A DNA stretch of 32,000 nt from Candidatus Methylomirabilis limnetica (GTDB lineage Bacteria; Methylomirabilota; Methylomirabilia; Methylomirabilales; Methylomirabilaceae). Each line of letters begins with the position of its first letter. The first letter of the stretch is position 1. The notes under the pieces were generated by a model that worked only from the letters and a program-made list of their open reading frames with translations, was not told the origin of the DNA and made no database searches. The stretch covers positions 60,001 through 92,000 of the forward strand of contig NZ_NVQC01000016.1 in NCBI RefSeq assembly GCF_003044035.1, in the 5' to 3' direction. Both the position numbers and the translations under genes were made by a program. Positions 22,113 through 31,388 of the stretch are shown in pieces.

Positions 22113-23708
22113 TTATGGGTTGACCCACTCCCGGCCGTCGGCCTCGATGAAGCGGTCGGCCTCTTTTGGGCCCCAGTTGCCGGCGGGGTAGTATGCCAGG
22201 CCGGTGCGGCCGTCGGCGGCCCAGGCTTCGACCACTGGCGTCACCATCGCCCATGCAGCCTCAACCTCATCACGCCGAATGAACAGCGTCGAATCCCCGA
22301 GCATACAGTCCAGCAGTAGCCGCTCGTAGGCCTCCTCGGGATCGACCCCGAAGGCCTCCCGGTAGGAGAAGCCCAATCGGGCCGGCACCAGGCTGATTCG
22401 CGGTCCAGGTGGCTTGAGCCCCACCCGCAACGAGATTCCCTCGTCGGGCTGGATTCGAAGGGTGAGTCGGTTTGGCTTCACGATGTCCTGGTTCTTATGG
22501 CCCGCATGGGCCGCCTGTTGAAACAAGAGGAGAGGTGGCTGTCGGTATTGGATGGTGACCTCGGTGACCCGCTTCGGGAGCGCCTTACCGGTCCGCAGAT
22601 AGAACGGCACCCCCGCCCAGCGCCAGTTGTCGATCTCCAGGCGCAGTGCCACGAAGGTCTCCATCGCCGTCTCTGCCGCAACCTCGGGCTCGTCGGCATA
22701 GGCCGCGATCTTCTTCCCGCGAAGCTGGCCGCTGATATACTGTGCCCGGACAGTTGTGTCGTTGGCGCGCTCTGCCGGGACGGGACGGATCGCCCGCAAG
22801 ACCTTGACCTTCTCGTCGCGGACCGCGTCAGGCTCGAAAGTGGCGGGCGGCTCCATGGCCACCAGCGACAGGAGCTGCAGCATGTGGTTTTGCACCATGT
22901 CCCGCATGGCGCCCGCGGTATCGTAGTAGCTGCCTCTACCCTCCACGCCCAGGTCCTCCGCAACGAGGAGCTGGACGTGGTCGACATACCGACGGTTCCA
23001 CAACGGTTCGAAGATGCTGTTGCCGAAGCGGAAGGTGAGGATGTTCTGGACGGTTTCCTTTCCGAGGTAGTGGTCGATGCGGTACACCTGCTGCTCGCGG
23101 AAGACCCGATGGATCTCGGCATTCAGGACCAGAGCCGTGGCTAGATCCCGTCCGAATGGTTTTTCGACGATGATCCGGCAACAGCCGTGAGCCTCTGGCG
23201 CAGGATCAGTGTCGTGCGGACCGTCCCAGACCTTGCTCACCAGTCCGGAGGCCCCCAGACGAGTCACAACTGCAGCGTAGGCCGCGGGGGGTGTGGCCAG
23301 GTAATAGAGCCGATTGCCGCCGGTTCCGTGCTGGCGATCCACGTCAGCGAGGAGGAGCCGGAGCCGCTCGTACCCGGCAGAGTCATCGAATGAGGCCGCG
23401 ACATAGTAGAGGCTCCGCGCCAGGCGGTCCCACACCTCCGCATTGAGCGGGTGAAGACGAGAAAACTGCTCCACCGCCCCGCGCATCTCATCGCGGAACG
23501 CTTCGTGGTCCTTCTCTCGTCTCGCGAACCCGATCACCGCAAACCGGTCAGGGAGCAGGCCGTCGTGCGCCAGCGCGTACAGGGCGGGCAAGAGCTTGCG
23601 CCTGGTCAGGTCGCCGGATGCGCCGAAGATGACCAACGCACACCCGTCCGGCACCTGGTAGCGGGAGGGTTGAGCGATCGCCTCGGTCAGGATCTGCGTG
23701 AGAGCCAT
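22113..23708 (-). CDS. zwf: Glucose-6-phosphate 1-dehydrogenase
   Basis: LVIFGASGDLTRRKLLPALY, RIDHYLGKE, VQNIL.FRF.N, EKPFG. The start is taken at ATG 23708, after GGAGGA. The ORF-track 23888 start would add 60 non-conserved residues overlapping gnd. Confidence 0.95.
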   Translation of the reverse strand: MALTQILTEAIAQPSRYQVPDGCALVIFGASGDLTRRKLLPALYALAHDGLLPDRFAVIGFARREKDHEAFRDEMRGAVEQFSRLHPLNAEVWDRLARSLYYVAASFDDSAGYERLRLLLADVDRQHGTGGNRLYYLATPPAAYAAVVTRLGASGLVSKVWDGPHDTDPAPEAHGCCRIIVEKPFGRDLATALVLNAEIHRVFREQQVYRIDHYLGKETVQNILTFRFGNSIFEPLWNRRYVDHVQLLVAEDLGVEGRGSYYDTAGAMRDMVQNHMLQLLSLVAMEPPATFEPDAVRDEKVKVLRAIRPVPAERANDTTVRAQYISGQLRGKKIAAYADEPEVAAETAMETFVALRLEIDNWRWAGVPFYLRTGKALPKRVTEVTIQYRQPPLLLFQQAAHAGHKNQDIVKPNRLTLRIQPDEGISLRVGLKPPGPRISLVPARLGFSYREAFGVDPEEAYERLLLDCMLGDSTLFIRRDEVEAAWAMVTPVVEAWAADGRTGLAYYPAGNWGPKEADRFIEADGREWVNP

Positions 23709-23712
23709 TGAG

Positions 23713-24696
23713 TTATCCTCCGGTAGGACGTTCGGTATGTCCGCCGAACTGCTGCCGCATCGCCGACAGCAGCTTCTCGGCGAATGTATGCGCCCGTCTG
23801 GACCGGAAGCGCGCGTACAGCGACGCCGAGAGCACATCGGCCGGCACTGCCTCTTCAATAGCCGCCATGATCGTCCAGCGTCCCTCACCGGAATCCTGGA
23901 CGAACCCGGTATAGTTCGATAACGTGGGGTCTTCAGCGAGCGCCATCGCCGTCAGGTCGAGTAACCACGATGAAACGACGCTGCCGCGCCGCCACACTTC
24001 CGCAACATCAGCCACGTTGAAGTTGTAACGGTACTCCTCAGGGAGGTCCTGTGAGATCGCATTGCGTAGGATGTCGAAGCCTTCCGCATAGGCTTGCATC
24101 AGGCCGTACTCAATGCCGTTGTGAACCATCTTGACGAAATGGCCAGCGCCCGCCGGGCCGCAGTGCAGGTAGCCATCCTCCGCCGTGCCGCCTAACTTCT
24201 CGCGGCCTGGGGTACGCGGGATGTCGCCCAATCCCGGTGCGAGCGTCTTGAAGATCGGCTCCAGATGTGCGACCGCGTGCGCTTCCCCGCCGATCATCAG
24301 GCAGTAGCCGCGTTCCAACCCCCAGACCCCGCCGCTGGTGCCCACATCCACGTACTGGATATCCCGCTCTTTTAATGCTCTCGCGCGGCGCACATCATCT
24401 TTGTAATAGGAATTGCCGCCGTCGATGATGATGTCGTCCGCGTCCATCCGCTGTGAGAGCGCCATGATGGTCTGCTCCGTTGGGTCTCCCGCCGGCACCA
24501 TCACCCACGCCACCCGCGGCCTGGTGAGGGCGCGCACGAACTCGTCCAGCGACATGGCAGCCGTTGCGCCTTCCTGTGCTAATGCCCCCACGTGGTCGGG
24601 ATTCACGTCGAACACGACGCACTCATGCCCACCGCGCAGCAGGCGGCGGACTATGTTTGCGCCCATCCTGCCCAGACCGATCATTCCGAGTTGCAT
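23713..24696 (-). CDS. gnd: 6-phosphogluconate dehydrogenase (decarboxylating), short Gnd-like form
   Basis: [19 protein letters not shown] Rossmann N-terminus, [33 protein letters not shown]. The start ATG 24696 is preceded by GAGGAG. Confidence 0.92.
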   Translation of the reverse strand: MQLGMIGLGRMGANIVRRLLRGGHECVVFDVNPDHVGALAQEGATAAMSLDEFVRALTRPRVAWVMVPAGDPTEQTIMALSQRMDADDIIIDGGNSYYKDDVRRARALKERDIQYVDVGTSGGVWGLERGYCLMIGGEAHAVAHLEPIFKTLAPGLGDIPRTPGREKLGGTAEDGYLHCGPAGAGHFVKMVHNGIEYGLMQAYAEGFDILRNAISQDLPEEYRYNFNVADVAEVWRRGSVVSSWLLDLTAMALAEDPTLSNYTGFVQDSGEGRWTIMAAIEEAVPADVLSASLYARFRSRRAHTFAEKLLSAMRQQFGGHTERPTGG

Positions 24697-24726
24697 CGTG
24701 TGTGCTCCTCTCATGAAAAGAAGCGG

Positions 24727-24760
24727 TCAGCAATCAGCAATCAGCAATCAGCAATCAGCA
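24727..24760. repeat. Perfect heptanucleotide tandem repeat (TCAGCAA)x4 plus TCAGCAC at the pgi stop / pgi-gnd spacer
   Basis: tcagcaatcagcaatcagcaatcagcaatcagcac. On the coding (minus) strand this is GTGCTGA(TTGCTGA)4, which puts TGA in all three frames. Confidence 0.9.
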
Positions 24761-26491
24761 CTGCAAAGCCTGTTGGATTGCAGCGTGCAGTGTTGCCAAG
24801 CCGGCCGCCACATCTGGACCCAGATGAACCCGTAACACTCGGCGACTGCGCTCCGCTAAGACCTGGAAGTCGCCGCGCGCCTGGGCGGCCTTGACCACGC
24901 CAAAGGTGTATGTGTGGCCCGGCACAGGCAGATCGAGCGGGTCGTCGCAGGTGATCTGTAGAAAGACGCCGGTGTTTGGTCCACCCTTGTAGGCCTGGCC
25001 GGTCGAGTGTAGGAAGCGCGGGCCAAAACCCAGGCACGTCGCTACCCGCTTCTTGTCGCGGACTGCGTGACGCAGCATTTGAAGCGCGCTTTCATGAGCT
25101 TCGTTCATCTCGATATAGGCCAGGAGGGCGAAGTAATCGCCCGGCCCGAGTCGGTCCATGTGCGCCCTGAGATACCCGACGAGTGACCGATCGGCTCCTG
25201 TAGCCTCCTCCAGTGCCGCGGCGTTCGCCTCGTCACTGAACAGTGTAATGCTGCGCTCCTGCAGGATCTGGGTTTCCGACGGGGGTGAACCTGTCCGCTC
25301 GTAGGCCGCCGTCAATTGTTGTGTCGCCACCTTGCTTGCTTCCACGTCAGGCTGATTGAAGGGATTGATGCCGATGATCGACCCGGCCACCGCGGTCGCG
25401 ATCTCCCACCGGAAGAACTCGGCGCCCAGGTCGTAGGGATCGGACACGGCAATCCGGATCACAGGCTGACCGGCCCGTTCGAGGGCGTCCATCGCCGCAT
25501 CCTGGCACGGAACCGGGGCAGAAACCATTCTAAGGTAGATAAATGCGCGATCGGTACCGTAGGCCTTTGGAGGACCCAGCGACTCACGATCGACGGGGAT
25601 CAGCCCCCTCCCCGCCTTTCCGGTCGATTCGGCGAGCAGTTGCTCCAGCCATGCGCCGAAATGCCACATACCGGGCGAGGCGATGATGGTGACTTTGTCT
25701 CGGCCGGCACGGGCGAGGACGCCCAGGATGGCGCCCAGAACGACGCCGGGGTTCGCCTCGATCGGGACGCACGAGGCGCAGGCGCGCGCCATCTCCTCGG
25801 CGCGGTCCAGCAGCTTCGGTGCGTCTACTCCCATAATTGCCGACGGCACCATGCCGAAATCCGATAGGGCTGAGTATCTACCACCGATACTTGAGAGACC
25901 GTAGAAGATGTGACGAAAGCGAAGGCGCTCAGCGATCTGCTGCAACGTCGAGCCCGGATCAGTAATAGCGATGAAGCGGCTCCCGGCTTCCTCGGCACCG
26001 ACGACCTGCCCCACGCGCTCAAAAAAATACTGTGTGAAGATGTTCGGCTCCAGGGTGGTGCCCGACTTGCTCGACACGATAAAGATCGTGTTGGCCAAGT
26101 CCACTCGCGCTTCAAAGGCCCTGACCTGAGCAGGGTCGGTCGAGTCCAGTACGTGAAGTGTAGGGTAGCCGTCCTGCCTACCGAACGTCCTGGCTACTAC
26201 CTCGGGGCAGAGGCTGGAACCCCCCATCCCCAGTAGCAGCGCATGCGAGAACCCCGCTGACCTCACCTCTTCAGCGATGGCCCGAAGGTGGATCCCGCTC
26301 GCCTGCTGGTCCTCGGTGATCCCCAACCAGCCCAGCCACCCCCCTTCGTCCGTTCCCGTCCAGAGGGTCGCATCGCGCGCCCATAATCTGCGGACCTTGC
26401 CCGTGACCTGCCACTCGTGAAGCGATGCCTCGACAGCGGCGGCGAGATCGGCGGGTAGCGCGTAGGTCTGGCGGTTGACCATGACGCTCAC
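24755..26491 (-). CDS. pgi: Glucose-6-phosphate isomerase (type found fused or adjacent to transaldolase)
   Basis: 578 aa. LLGMGGSSL, IVSSKSGTT.E, GGRYS..S, and an N-terminal LWARDATLWTG....WLGWL block. It overlaps tal by 4 nt. Confidence 0.9.
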   Translation of the reverse strand: MSVMVNRQTYALPADLAAAVEASLHEWQVTGKVRRLWARDATLWTGTDEGGWLGWLGITEDQQASGIHLRAIAEEVRSAGFSHALLLGMGGSSLCPEVVARTFGRQDGYPTLHVLDSTDPAQVRAFEARVDLANTIFIVSSKSGTTLEPNIFTQYFFERVGQVVGAEEAGSRFIAITDPGSTLQQIAERLRFRHIFYGLSSIGGRYSALSDFGMVPSAIMGVDAPKLLDRAEEMARACASCVPIEANPGVVLGAILGVLARAGRDKVTIIASPGMWHFGAWLEQLLAESTGKAGRGLIPVDRESLGPPKAYGTDRAFIYLRMVSAPVPCQDAAMDALERAGQPVIRIAVSDPYDLGAEFFRWEIATAVAGSIIGINPFNQPDVEASKVATQQLTAAYERTGSPPSETQILQERSITLFSDEANAAALEEATGADRSLVGYLRAHMDRLGPGDYFALLAYIEMNEAHESALQMLRHAVRDKKRVATCLGFGPRFLHSTGQAYKGGPNTGVFLQITCDDPLDLPVPGHTYTFGVVKAAQARGDFQVLAERSRRVLRVHLGPDVAAGLATLHAAIQQALQC

Positions 26492-27612
26492 GACTGCTTG
26501 CCACCGCTTGCCACCGCCCGCAGCAGCTTGTCGAATGCCTCGGCGAACAACTGTACGCCGTCGTCCAGCAGCCTGTCGGTGACCTCCGACATCGAGATGC
26601 CCACCTGCTCTAGGATCTGCATGGTGTTGTGCGCTCCATCGACATCCTCTTCAAGACTAAAACGTGGGCGTCCGTGATCCCGGAATGCCTCTACGGTCGA
26701 TGCCGGTATTGTATTTACCGTGTCATGGCCGATCAGTTCCTCCACGTAGATCACGTCGCGGAAGTTCGGGTTCTTCGTGCTGGTGCTGGCCCACAACACG
26801 CGCTGGGTGTGCGCGCCTGTCTTGGCGAGCGCCTTCCAGCGCTGACTATCGAAGATCTCCTTGTACCGCTGATAGGTCAATTTGCCGTTCGCGATGGCTA
26901 CCTTGCCCAGCAGGCCTTGGAACATTGTCTGCTCTCGTGCATCTGCGGCCGCCTTCAGCTTGGCCGTAAGGGCTGCGTCGATGGCCGAGTCGATCCGGCT
27001 GATGAAGAAGCTGGCAACGCTCGAGACTCGGCTCGCGTCTCCGCCCCTGACTACGAGCGCTTCGAGCCCCGCAATGTAGGCAAGGGCGACCTGCTCGTAG
27101 ACCTGTTGGGAGAAGAGCAGGGTGACGTTGACGTTGATCCCTTCGCTGATGAGCGCCGTGATGGCAGGGATACCTTCAGGTGTGCCAGGGACCTTGATCA
27201 TCACGTTTGGGCGTCCAACCATCCGCCACAGTCTTCGTGCCTCATCCATCGTGGCCTGCGTATCGTGGGCAAGGTAGGGCGAGACCTCCAGGCTCACGAA
27301 GCCATCCCGCCGCATCGTCTGCTCATAGACAGGGAGCAGCACATCGGCGGCGTCCTGAATGTCCCTGATCGCCAACTGCTCGTAGCGCGACTTGGCGTCC
27401 AGATCCCTTTGCTGATCGAGGCGCGTAAGGGCCTCGGCGTAGTCGGTGCTCCCGGTGATCGCCTTCTCGAAGATGGCGGGGTTTGAGGTGACGCCCGTCA
27501 CCCCATCCTCATCTACGAATCGTTGCAGTTCGCCACCGGTGATGAGGCCTCGCCGGATATAGTCCAACCAAACCGATTGTCCGCACTCACGCAACGCTCG
27601 CAAGGGGTTCAT
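26488..27612 (-). CDS. tal: Transaldolase
   Basis: GQSVWLDYIRRGLI..GEL, GVTSNPAIFEKAI, VSLEVSP.LA.DT, IKVP.T.EG..A, NVTLLFS. The start ATG 27612 is preceded by AAGGAG. Confidence 0.93.
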   Translation of the reverse strand: MNPLRALRECGQSVWLDYIRRGLITGGELQRFVDEDGVTGVTSNPAIFEKAITGSTDYAEALTRLDQQRDLDAKSRYEQLAIRDIQDAADVLLPVYEQTMRRDGFVSLEVSPYLAHDTQATMDEARRLWRMVGRPNVMIKVPGTPEGIPAITALISEGINVNVTLLFSQQVYEQVALAYIAGLEALVVRGGDASRVSSVASFFISRIDSAIDAALTAKLKAAADAREQTMFQGLLGKVAIANGKLTYQRYKEIFDSQRWKALAKTGAHTQRVLWASTSTKNPNFRDVIYVEELIGHDTVNTIPASTVEAFRDHGRPRFSLEEDVDGAHNTMQILEQVGISMSEVTDRLLDDGVQLFAEAFDKLLRAVASGGKQS

Positions 27613-27797
27613 CGCCTGCTCCTTCACCGGAAAGCTCATCACTTAGCGCTGGTCGTTGAAGGCATCATTCAGTAGCCAGCTATCAGCGCTCCGTGATGAG
27701 TGACCGGCTGAGATTGTAACATTTATGATGCCCGTGGCCGTTGAGGCCAATTGTGATCTCCAGCTCTAGAAAAAGGAAGCGAAATTTTCATTTCCCC

Positions 27798-27826
27798 TTG
27801 ACATCCCCATGGGGTCAACTTAGCAT
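27798..27826 (+). promoter_or_regulatory. Candidate sigma70-type promoter for the qNOR gene (TTGACA-N17-TAGCAT) with a CCCCATGGGG palindrome in the spacer
   Basis: Consensus -35 hexamer, 17-nt spacer and a 4/6 -10 hexamer, ~190 nt upstream of the norZ ATG in the tal/norZ divergent spacer. Confidence 0.45.
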
Positions 27827-28019
27827 AGGGCAGACGTCGTGGGGTCCTCTTGCGCGGAGTGAGATTTAGGCTGAGGGGCGGCGAGGCGCCATCCAAGCAG
27901 TTCAATGGCACGCTGGGGGAGTGCGTCCGGCCCTTCAGGGCGAGGTGGATCCTGAGGGGCCGTGCTATTTCACGGCAGCCCACGGTGCCTCGGAGCAATA
28001 TAGGCCAAAGGAGTAATTC

Positions 28020-30242
28020 ATGAAGGCAACCCCCGGGGAACTTTCCCCTTGGTGGCGGTACTCGCTCGTTATTACGATAATCTTTGGATTGACTGTCTTA
28101 GTTTGGCTGACGGTGCGTACCTATCATTTTGCGCCGCCCATTCCAGACAAGGTTACTGGCCCGGGCGGCGTGACCGTCATGACAGCTAAAGACATCAGAG
28201 ACGGACAGGAAGTGTTCTTGAGGTATGGCCTGATGCAAAACGGTTCCGTCTGGGGACACGGGGCGTATCTGGGGCCGGATTTTTCGGCGGAGTATTTGCA
28301 CGCGTTGGCGGTGGCAGCGGGACCGGCGTTGAAGCAGAATCACTACGACCAACAGACCGGGATATTGACGTTCACGGAAGTCGAGGCGGCCACGTTCGAG
28401 AAGCAGGTGGAAAGGTGGACGGCGTACTTCGCTGAGCCGACGGGCAATGCCGGGTTACCGGCCAAGTACATCACTGACCCGGTGGAGTTACGGCACCTTA
28501 CCGCCTTCTTCGCGTGGACGGCATGGGCGTCCGTCGCCAATCGGCCCGGCAAGCTCTACTCGTACACGAACAACTTTCCGTACGAACCGCTGGCCGGGAA
28601 TACGCTTACCGCTGATGCGGTTCTGTGGAGCGCGCTTAGTTTAATCGCACTGTTGGGGGGGATTGCGGGGGCGCTGGTCGCATTCGGCAAGTTTGATTTT
28701 CTCGGTTGGAAGGGCCGGAGTGGGCACGTACATCCCATGATGTTGCCGGGCGTAGCCACGGAAAGCCAGCGGGCGACGATCAAGTTCTTTGCGGTAGTGG
28801 CGGTGTTGTTTTTCGCGCAGGTGATGGTCGGCGCCGTGGTCGCGCATTACCGGGCTGATCCCGGCAAGTTCTACGGCATAGACCTGTCACAAGTCGCGCC
28901 GAGCCACATCATGCGGACCTGGCATTTGCAGTTGGCGATCTTCTGGATTGTAACAGCGTACATTGCGGGTGGGCTATTCCTGGCCTCGGGGCTGGGCGGC
29001 AGCGAGCCGCGCTGGCAGGTTCGGGGCATTAATCTGTTGTTTGTCGCTCTGCTGCTGGTCGTGATTGGTAGTTTGGTGGGCGAGTGGATGGGGGTGAAAC
29101 AACTACTCGGCCCGCTATGGTTCTGGCTAGGGCATCAAGGCTGGGAGTATTTGGATTTGGGGCGGGCGTGGCAGATTATGCTGGTTGTCGGGCTGGTGCT
29201 GTGGCTGGTGCTGTTGGTGCGCGCCATGGCGCCGGCGCGGCAGAACCCGAAACAGCGCCAAATCGCATTGCTCTTTCTCTATGCCGCCGCCGCTATCCCA
29301 CTCTTCTACCTGCCGTCGATGTTTTTTGGCAGTACAACCAATTTGGCGGTCGTGGACAGCTGGCGGTTCTGGATCGTCCACCTCTGGGTAGAAGGATTTC
29401 TAGAGTTATTCGTGACAGTGATGGTGGCGCTCATCTTCTTCCAGTTGGGCGTCATGTCGCACACGAACGTAGAGCGAGTTATCTATCTCGATGCGATTCT
29501 GTACCTCGGGAGCGGCATCATCGGCACCGGACACCATTGGTACTGGACGGGTCAGACGACCATGACCATGGCTCTGTCGGCCGTCTTCTCGGCCATGGAG
29601 GTTGTGCCGCTGACGTTACTGACACTGGACGCGTGGGACTTCATCAAGCTGACCGAGAGTGAGTGTGGTGCGTGTGAACTGCCGGTGTCGTTGCCGCATA
29701 AGTGGACGGTCCACTTCTTAATGGCGGTTGGCTTCTGGAATTTTGTCGGCGCAGGTGTGTTTGGTTTCCTCATCAACCTGCCGGTCATCAGTTTCTACGA
29801 GGTTGGCACGATTCTGACAACGAACCACGGGCATACGGCGATGATGGGGGTATTCGGGATGCTGGCGTTCGCGCTTATGGTGAGTGCGTTCCGGCAGGTG
29901 CTGGACAACCAGCAGTGGCAGCGCGTGGAGAAGCTCGTGCGCGTGTCGTTCTGGGGACTGAATATCGGCCTGGCGCTGATGGTGGTGCTGAGTCTCTTGC
30001 CCGGGGGTATCTGGCAACTGTGGGACGTATTGACCAACGGCTACTGGCACGCACGCGGCGCGGAGTTTATGAACCAACCGTTCGTGCGCCGCCTCGAATG
30101 GCTGCGCCTTCCGGGGGATGCGGTGTTCATAGCGCTAGGCGCCGCTCCCATGGCGCTGGCGGCGGTTATGACGTACAGATTCACGCAAGCGAACAGGGGG
30201 CGTCGTCATGAAGCGGATCATGTCCACAGTCATCTTGCTTGA
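28020..30242 (+). CDS. norZ: Quinol-dependent nitric oxide reductase (qNOR, NorZ-type single-subunit heme-copper oxidase family)
   Basis: 740 aa. N-terminal GSVWGHGAYLGPDFSAEYLH. MRTWHLQLAIFWI, GHQGWEYLDLGR, FWIVHLWVEGFLELF, GTGHHWYW, FWNFVGAGVFGFLINLP, TTNHGHTAMMGVFG. All heme and FeB histidines of canonical NOR are visible. Confidence 0.92.
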   Translation: MKATPGELSPWWRYSLVITIIFGLTVLVWLTVRTYHFAPPIPDKVTGPGGVTVMTAKDIRDGQEVFLRYGLMQNGSVWGHGAYLGPDFSAEYLHALAVAAGPALKQNHYDQQTGILTFTEVEAATFEKQVERWTAYFAEPTGNAGLPAKYITDPVELRHLTAFFAWTAWASVANRPGKLYSYTNNFPYEPLAGNTLTADAVLWSALSLIALLGGIAGALVAFGKFDFLGWKGRSGHVHPMMLPGVATESQRATIKFFAVVAVLFFAQVMVGAVVAHYRADPGKFYGIDLSQVAPSHIMRTWHLQLAIFWIVTAYIAGGLFLASGLGGSEPRWQVRGINLLFVALLLVVIGSLVGEWMGVKQLLGPLWFWLGHQGWEYLDLGRAWQIMLVVGLVLWLVLLVRAMAPARQNPKQRQIALLFLYAAAAIPLFYLPSMFFGSTTNLAVVDSWRFWIVHLWVEGFLELFVTVMVALIFFQLGVMSHTNVERVIYLDAILYLGSGIIGTGHHWYWTGQTTMTMALSAVFSAMEVVPLTLLTLDAWDFIKLTESECGACELPVSLPHKWTVHFLMAVGFWNFVGAGVFGFLINLPVISFYEVGTILTTNHGHTAMMGVFGMLAFALMVSAFRQVLDNQQWQRVEKLVRVSFWGLNIGLALMVVLSLLPGGIWQLWDVLTNGYWHARGAEFMNQPFVRRLEWLRLPGDAVFIALGAAPMALAAVMTYRFTQANRGRRHEADHVHSHLA

Positions 30243-30387
30243 AACCGGCGCGACGTTAACCTCGGAGAAGTATTACGGCAAAAGAAACTCTGAACTGGAA
30301 ACCGAGAACATCGGAGACGCAGACCGCCAAGTACTGGACACGGCGATCAGTGACTTCGAGACCATTTCACTCAAAGGAGAAGCGGCA

Positions 30388-30783
30388 ATGAATTTCCTGC
30401 GAAAAATATTCAGTTCGAAACCAATGGCAGCGCTGGAGGATAATGACGAGGCCGAAGAGGCAACGGGAGACGGTCCCGCGCGAAGGAAAGTGAAGGGTGT
30501 GCTGATCCTTACTCGTCGACCCCTGGGTGACCAACACAGATTGATGGAACAAATCATTGACCTCCAGCGCTCTCAAGGTCACGATATTGCTTGGGACTTG
30601 ATCTCAAGGACAGCGGTGACTCAAGGAGACTTTGATGATAAAGCATTTCTTGAGGCAACGATTCTAAAACAATTCGTGAAGCTTGGCAGTGATGACATCA
30701 TGGGTAGGACAGAAGTGATTCCATGTCAAGATTCGCTTGGTAACTCTGGCGTATATTGCATCATCTTCAGTCGTCGCCCATAG
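30388..30783 (+). CDS. Hypothetical protein (131 aa) in an AT-richer segment
   Basis: ATG 30388 is preceded by AAGGAGA at a 7-nt spacing. The ORF-track start at 30208 overlaps norZ. No recognisable motif. Confidence 0.5.
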   Translation: MNFLRKIFSSKPMAALEDNDEAEEATGDGPARRKVKGVLILTRRPLGDQHRLMEQIIDLQRSQGHDIAWDLISRTAVTQGDFDDKAFLEATILKQFVKLGSDDIMGRTEVIPCQDSLGNSGVYCIIFSRRP

Positions 30784-31388
30784 TGTGAAGTTTTACCACG
30801 CCTGGCTCTCATATCGCGGGGCGCGGGCTAACCCGTAATGGTTGAGACGACCGATAGAGACGGCCACCTTGAAGCCATCGTTGGCACTGGACTTCAGTGT
30901 GGCCTCGGTGGCGCTTGCGGTAGCCCTATTCTCCCCTCTGCCACTGCTCTACCCAACCCCTGGTATCGTGTTTCGTAAATTCATCAACGTTCCGTTCGTG
31001 GTGAGCCTGTCGAACCCTGAACGTAACACGTTGAAAAAGCTCGCCCTTCTACAAGCTCATGGTTAATGGCCCATGTAACCGTATTTATTAAATGCTCCAG
31101 TAGATGACAGCTGTGGGAAGGTCTCTCTGCTGAAGTGCCAGGTCTCTCCTGAGGGGCCGTAGGTCCAAAAGCATACCCCATTTGTTCCTCACTGCAGATC
31201 GCCATGGTGCGCCTGCCTCCATTTCGAAAATAGTTGACACGCTAACCCGGATACCATAGGTTTGCATCGTAAGAGCATTTTTTGCGCGAAGACTTCAATC
31301 AGCGATCAAGGAACGATCCATTCGGCATTCGACTCGATAGACGCAACAGACGCTTTCTCAAGAAGTGTAGCGGCGTGGAGGGGAAGAG

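Noticed and set aside
28020-30242. Possibility that the qNOR-like ORF is a nitric oxide dismutase (Nod)
   Set aside because: The catalytic motifs are the canonical ones (HLWVEG with Glu retained, GHHWYW with both His retained, NHGH). The substitutions reported for Nod candidates (His to Asn, Glu to Gln, loss of the quinol site) are not visible.
30842-31205. ORFs 30842-31066(+) and 30984-31205(-)
   Set aside because: They overlap each other. Their translations contain strings typical of translated GC-rich repeat elements (SLSNPE, ELVEGR, GSTGSPRTE) rather than real protein families.
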